The notes under the pieces are model-generated. The model saw nothing but the letters and a program-made list of their open reading frames with translations, was not told where the DNA came from and did no database searches. A stretch of DNA of 9,956 nt from Octopus sinensis (lineage: Eukaryota): assembly GCF_006345805.1 (NCBI RefSeq), contig NW_021827763.1, positions 1 to 9,956 of the forward strand, given 5' to 3'. Positions within the stretch are counted from its first letter, which is position 1. Each line of letters starts with the position of its first letter. This document shows positions 7,800-9,956 of the stretch, piece by piece. A program made the position numbers and the translations under genes.

Positions 7800-8323
7800 T
7801 ATATAACAGACTGGAATTGTAGGCCCTTCTCTTTCAATTTCGATCAATTGTATCTTGTCCTCCTTCTTGTATAGAAGTGTGGCTACAAACCAGCCTACCT
7901 CTACTTCTGCGGGGACATTTTAAATTTTTATCCGTGACGTCCTACGTCCCAGATATAAAAGTAAAAATAAAATATTTCCACTTTGCAAGGTTCGACTCGA
8001 GTACTCCCTTGCAAGCTCCGTTGATTCGAACCTTGCTTCTATTGTGGCGAATTTATCGCTTCTTGTTAGATACTTGATATCTTTCATAGTCGCACCAAGA
8101 CACTTTTCGATGGTGCTTTCCTCCAGGTGTTCAAATCTTTTTTTTTCTCTACATTGTATACTTTATAGACAATAGTCTTTTCTTTAATTTAATTTTTTAT
8201 TTCGTTTGGTGGTGTTATCCTAGATTCACTGTCTTTGTCGGTGATCAATCCGAAATAGGTTTGTATTTCTTCCATTTTAATTTTAATGAGTTCGCGCTCG
8301 CCGACGGCTGCAGCGAAATTCAT
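7800..8323 (-). mobile_element. Degenerate ORF1-like (gag-like) region, probably from an L1/Tx1-type LINE
   Basis: From ATG at 8323: MNFAAAVGERELIKIKMEEIQTYFGL...IKEKTIVYKVYNVE, then after a shift FEHLEESTIEKCLGATMKDIKYLTRSDKFATIEARFESTELAREYSSRTLQSGNILFLLLYLGRRTSRIKI*NVPAEVEVGWFVATLL. Protein-like over about 170 codons with 2 stops and 1 shift. The (S/N)FAAAV start and I.NVP motif are typical of L1/Tx1 ORF1. Sequence up to about 8650 may be its 5' UTR (unverified). Confidence 0.6.
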
Positions 8324-9111
8324 TTTTGAACTTTCTTTTATTGAAGGCATTTTAACAAAAACGCTTCCGAATAAACGGTGAAAATATTGTCAATTTTTAA
8401 ACAATAACCAAAGCTCCTTCTCCCAAAAGGGGAGGGTTACAGTTTACAATTATTTAACAAGTGCAACACAACAGCGTTTCCCTTACGAGGAACCAACAAA
8501 CGTGATAACAATAGTTAAACAGTAATAATAATAACAAACCTTACGGTGAATCAAAATGCAGTACGCAGTTGAAGCTATAGTCCTTTATGGATCAGAAATA
8601 AACCAACAGCAGTACTCAGTAGAAGCGGCAGTTCGAGAAAACAGACATTACATACAGCCAAACTTCATATAGATACTTAATGCTAGCTAATTAGCAGATA
8701 ATCTAATGTAAAAGCTGTGATAAAGGGTATGTACACAGCTCCATCTGGACTATTCCATTTCTGCGCATTAATTTTATTTTTAATTTATTCCCATTCATGT
8801 GAAACCACTTATTCAAGTTCAAGTCATTGATGCAGTTTTATACCAATTGCTATTTTTACTTTTAATTGTTATGTTACGATTTAATTATTATATTATACTT
8901 TAGATTGATTTTAATTATTACTTACTACATATAATTAAATTGTTATTATTATCTCTAATTTTTATTGTTAAAGCGAAAGTATCTGGCATAAAATAGAGGA
9001 ATGTTTTTGTTTCACTTTTAACACATAATTAACACTATTACTTTTAACACGTAATAGTGGAGAAGATATGATATTGCTATGGGATCGCCCTAGGCAAGAA
9101 TTTGAACATTT

Positions 9112-9209
9112 TTTTGCCGATGACAATCCGCGGACCCTATAAAGGCATGTGTAAAATTTGAATGAAATTAGTTGGTTAGTTCTCAAGTTTTAGGGAAACA
9201 CATAGACAT
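9112..9209. repeat. Possible remnant of a non-autonomous Helitron/DINE-like repeat
   Basis: tgtgtaaaatttgaatgaaattagttggttagttctcaagttttag...acacatagac resembles the recurrent aaattt..aaatcggtt.agt.gttt..acagacagac segment of such elements. Based on recall only. Confidence 0.3.
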
Positions 9210-9546
9210 CTCTCAAAACCTGGCATGTCTCAGAAGAAAATATAAAAGACATCAGGAACAAGTTAATCGGCATGTCTGAACGAACTCTGAAAGCTATCAT
9301 GTCCTTTGATGATTCACTTAACGAAGACGAACGTGGTGGAATTGGTGCCCAGACAGCTATAATTTGGTAAAGTATAAAACGTTGTAGACTGATTTGCTTT
9401 ATTGTGGAATTTTATTTTGTCAAAGAATTTTTGCCTATTTGAAGCCGAATAGAAAATGCAGCAGGCTAAGAGTGATTGATAATTTCGTATCTTATCATTG
9501 TAACCACATTATAATAGTGAATGGGCATGGAAATTACCTCCCCTTA

Positions 9547-9559
9547 TATATATATATAA

Positions 9560-9636
<77 letters not shown>

Positions 9637-9652
9637 CTGTATATATATATTT
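9547..9652. repeat. (TA)n microsatellite
   Basis: Read directly from the sequence. Confidence 0.95.
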
Positions 9653-9822
9653 ATGTGTTTATTTATTATAGTAGTTTTGACTTTAAGAGTCCCTCCTAGC
9701 GTGAGTAATGCCCTTAATATAATAAATATACTTAAGAGGAATAATTTTGGGAGTTTTCCCTTATGAGTTTTTAACGCTATCTACTTGATAAATTCTTATA
9801 AAGATTTTATCCTATTTTTAAT

Positions 9823-9841
9823 TGTGTGCGTGTGTATATAT

Positions 9842-9889
<48 letters not shown>
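9823..9889. repeat. (GT)n/(TA)n microsatellite
   Basis: Read directly from the sequence. Confidence 0.93.
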
Positions 9890-9956
9890 GAGGGCATAAT
9901 TATACATACATGCCAGAGGCATTATATAGACTTGCCAAACGCTAAGAGGGACAATC

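Noticed and set aside
4363-8323. ORF1 remnant and ORF2 3' ends as parts of one LINE
   Set aside because: They lie on opposite strands, diverging from each other, with unrelated sequence between them.
1-9956. Uni-strand piRNA cluster (transposon trap)
   Set aside because: TE fragments occur on both strands without clear bias. A dual-strand cluster cannot be judged without small-RNA data.

Overview
AT-rich, repeat-dense eukaryotic DNA with no intact protein-coding gene, RNA gene, CRISPR array or prokaryotic operon. The SINE and LINE fragments resemble octopus (coleoid cephalopod) repeats as I recall them; this is unverified. Almost the whole window is transposon debris and microsatellites: a structurally complete non-autonomous Helitron (273-786), remnants of three Tc1/mariner lineages, a CR1-group LINE 3' end, one near-full-length tRNA-derived SINE plus two partial copies, and a locally duplicated L1/Tx1-type ORF1 remnant. 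The most interesting structure is 4192-5973: two diverged, differently 5'-truncated L1/Tx1-type 3' ends, each embedded in (TCTA)n in the same orientation, as expected for a microsatellite-targeting retrotransposon. Most ORFs in the supplied track are microsatellite translations or wrong-frame reads of TE remnants. I found no evidence of a new multi-gene system. Family assignments come from manual translation and motif recall, not database searches.
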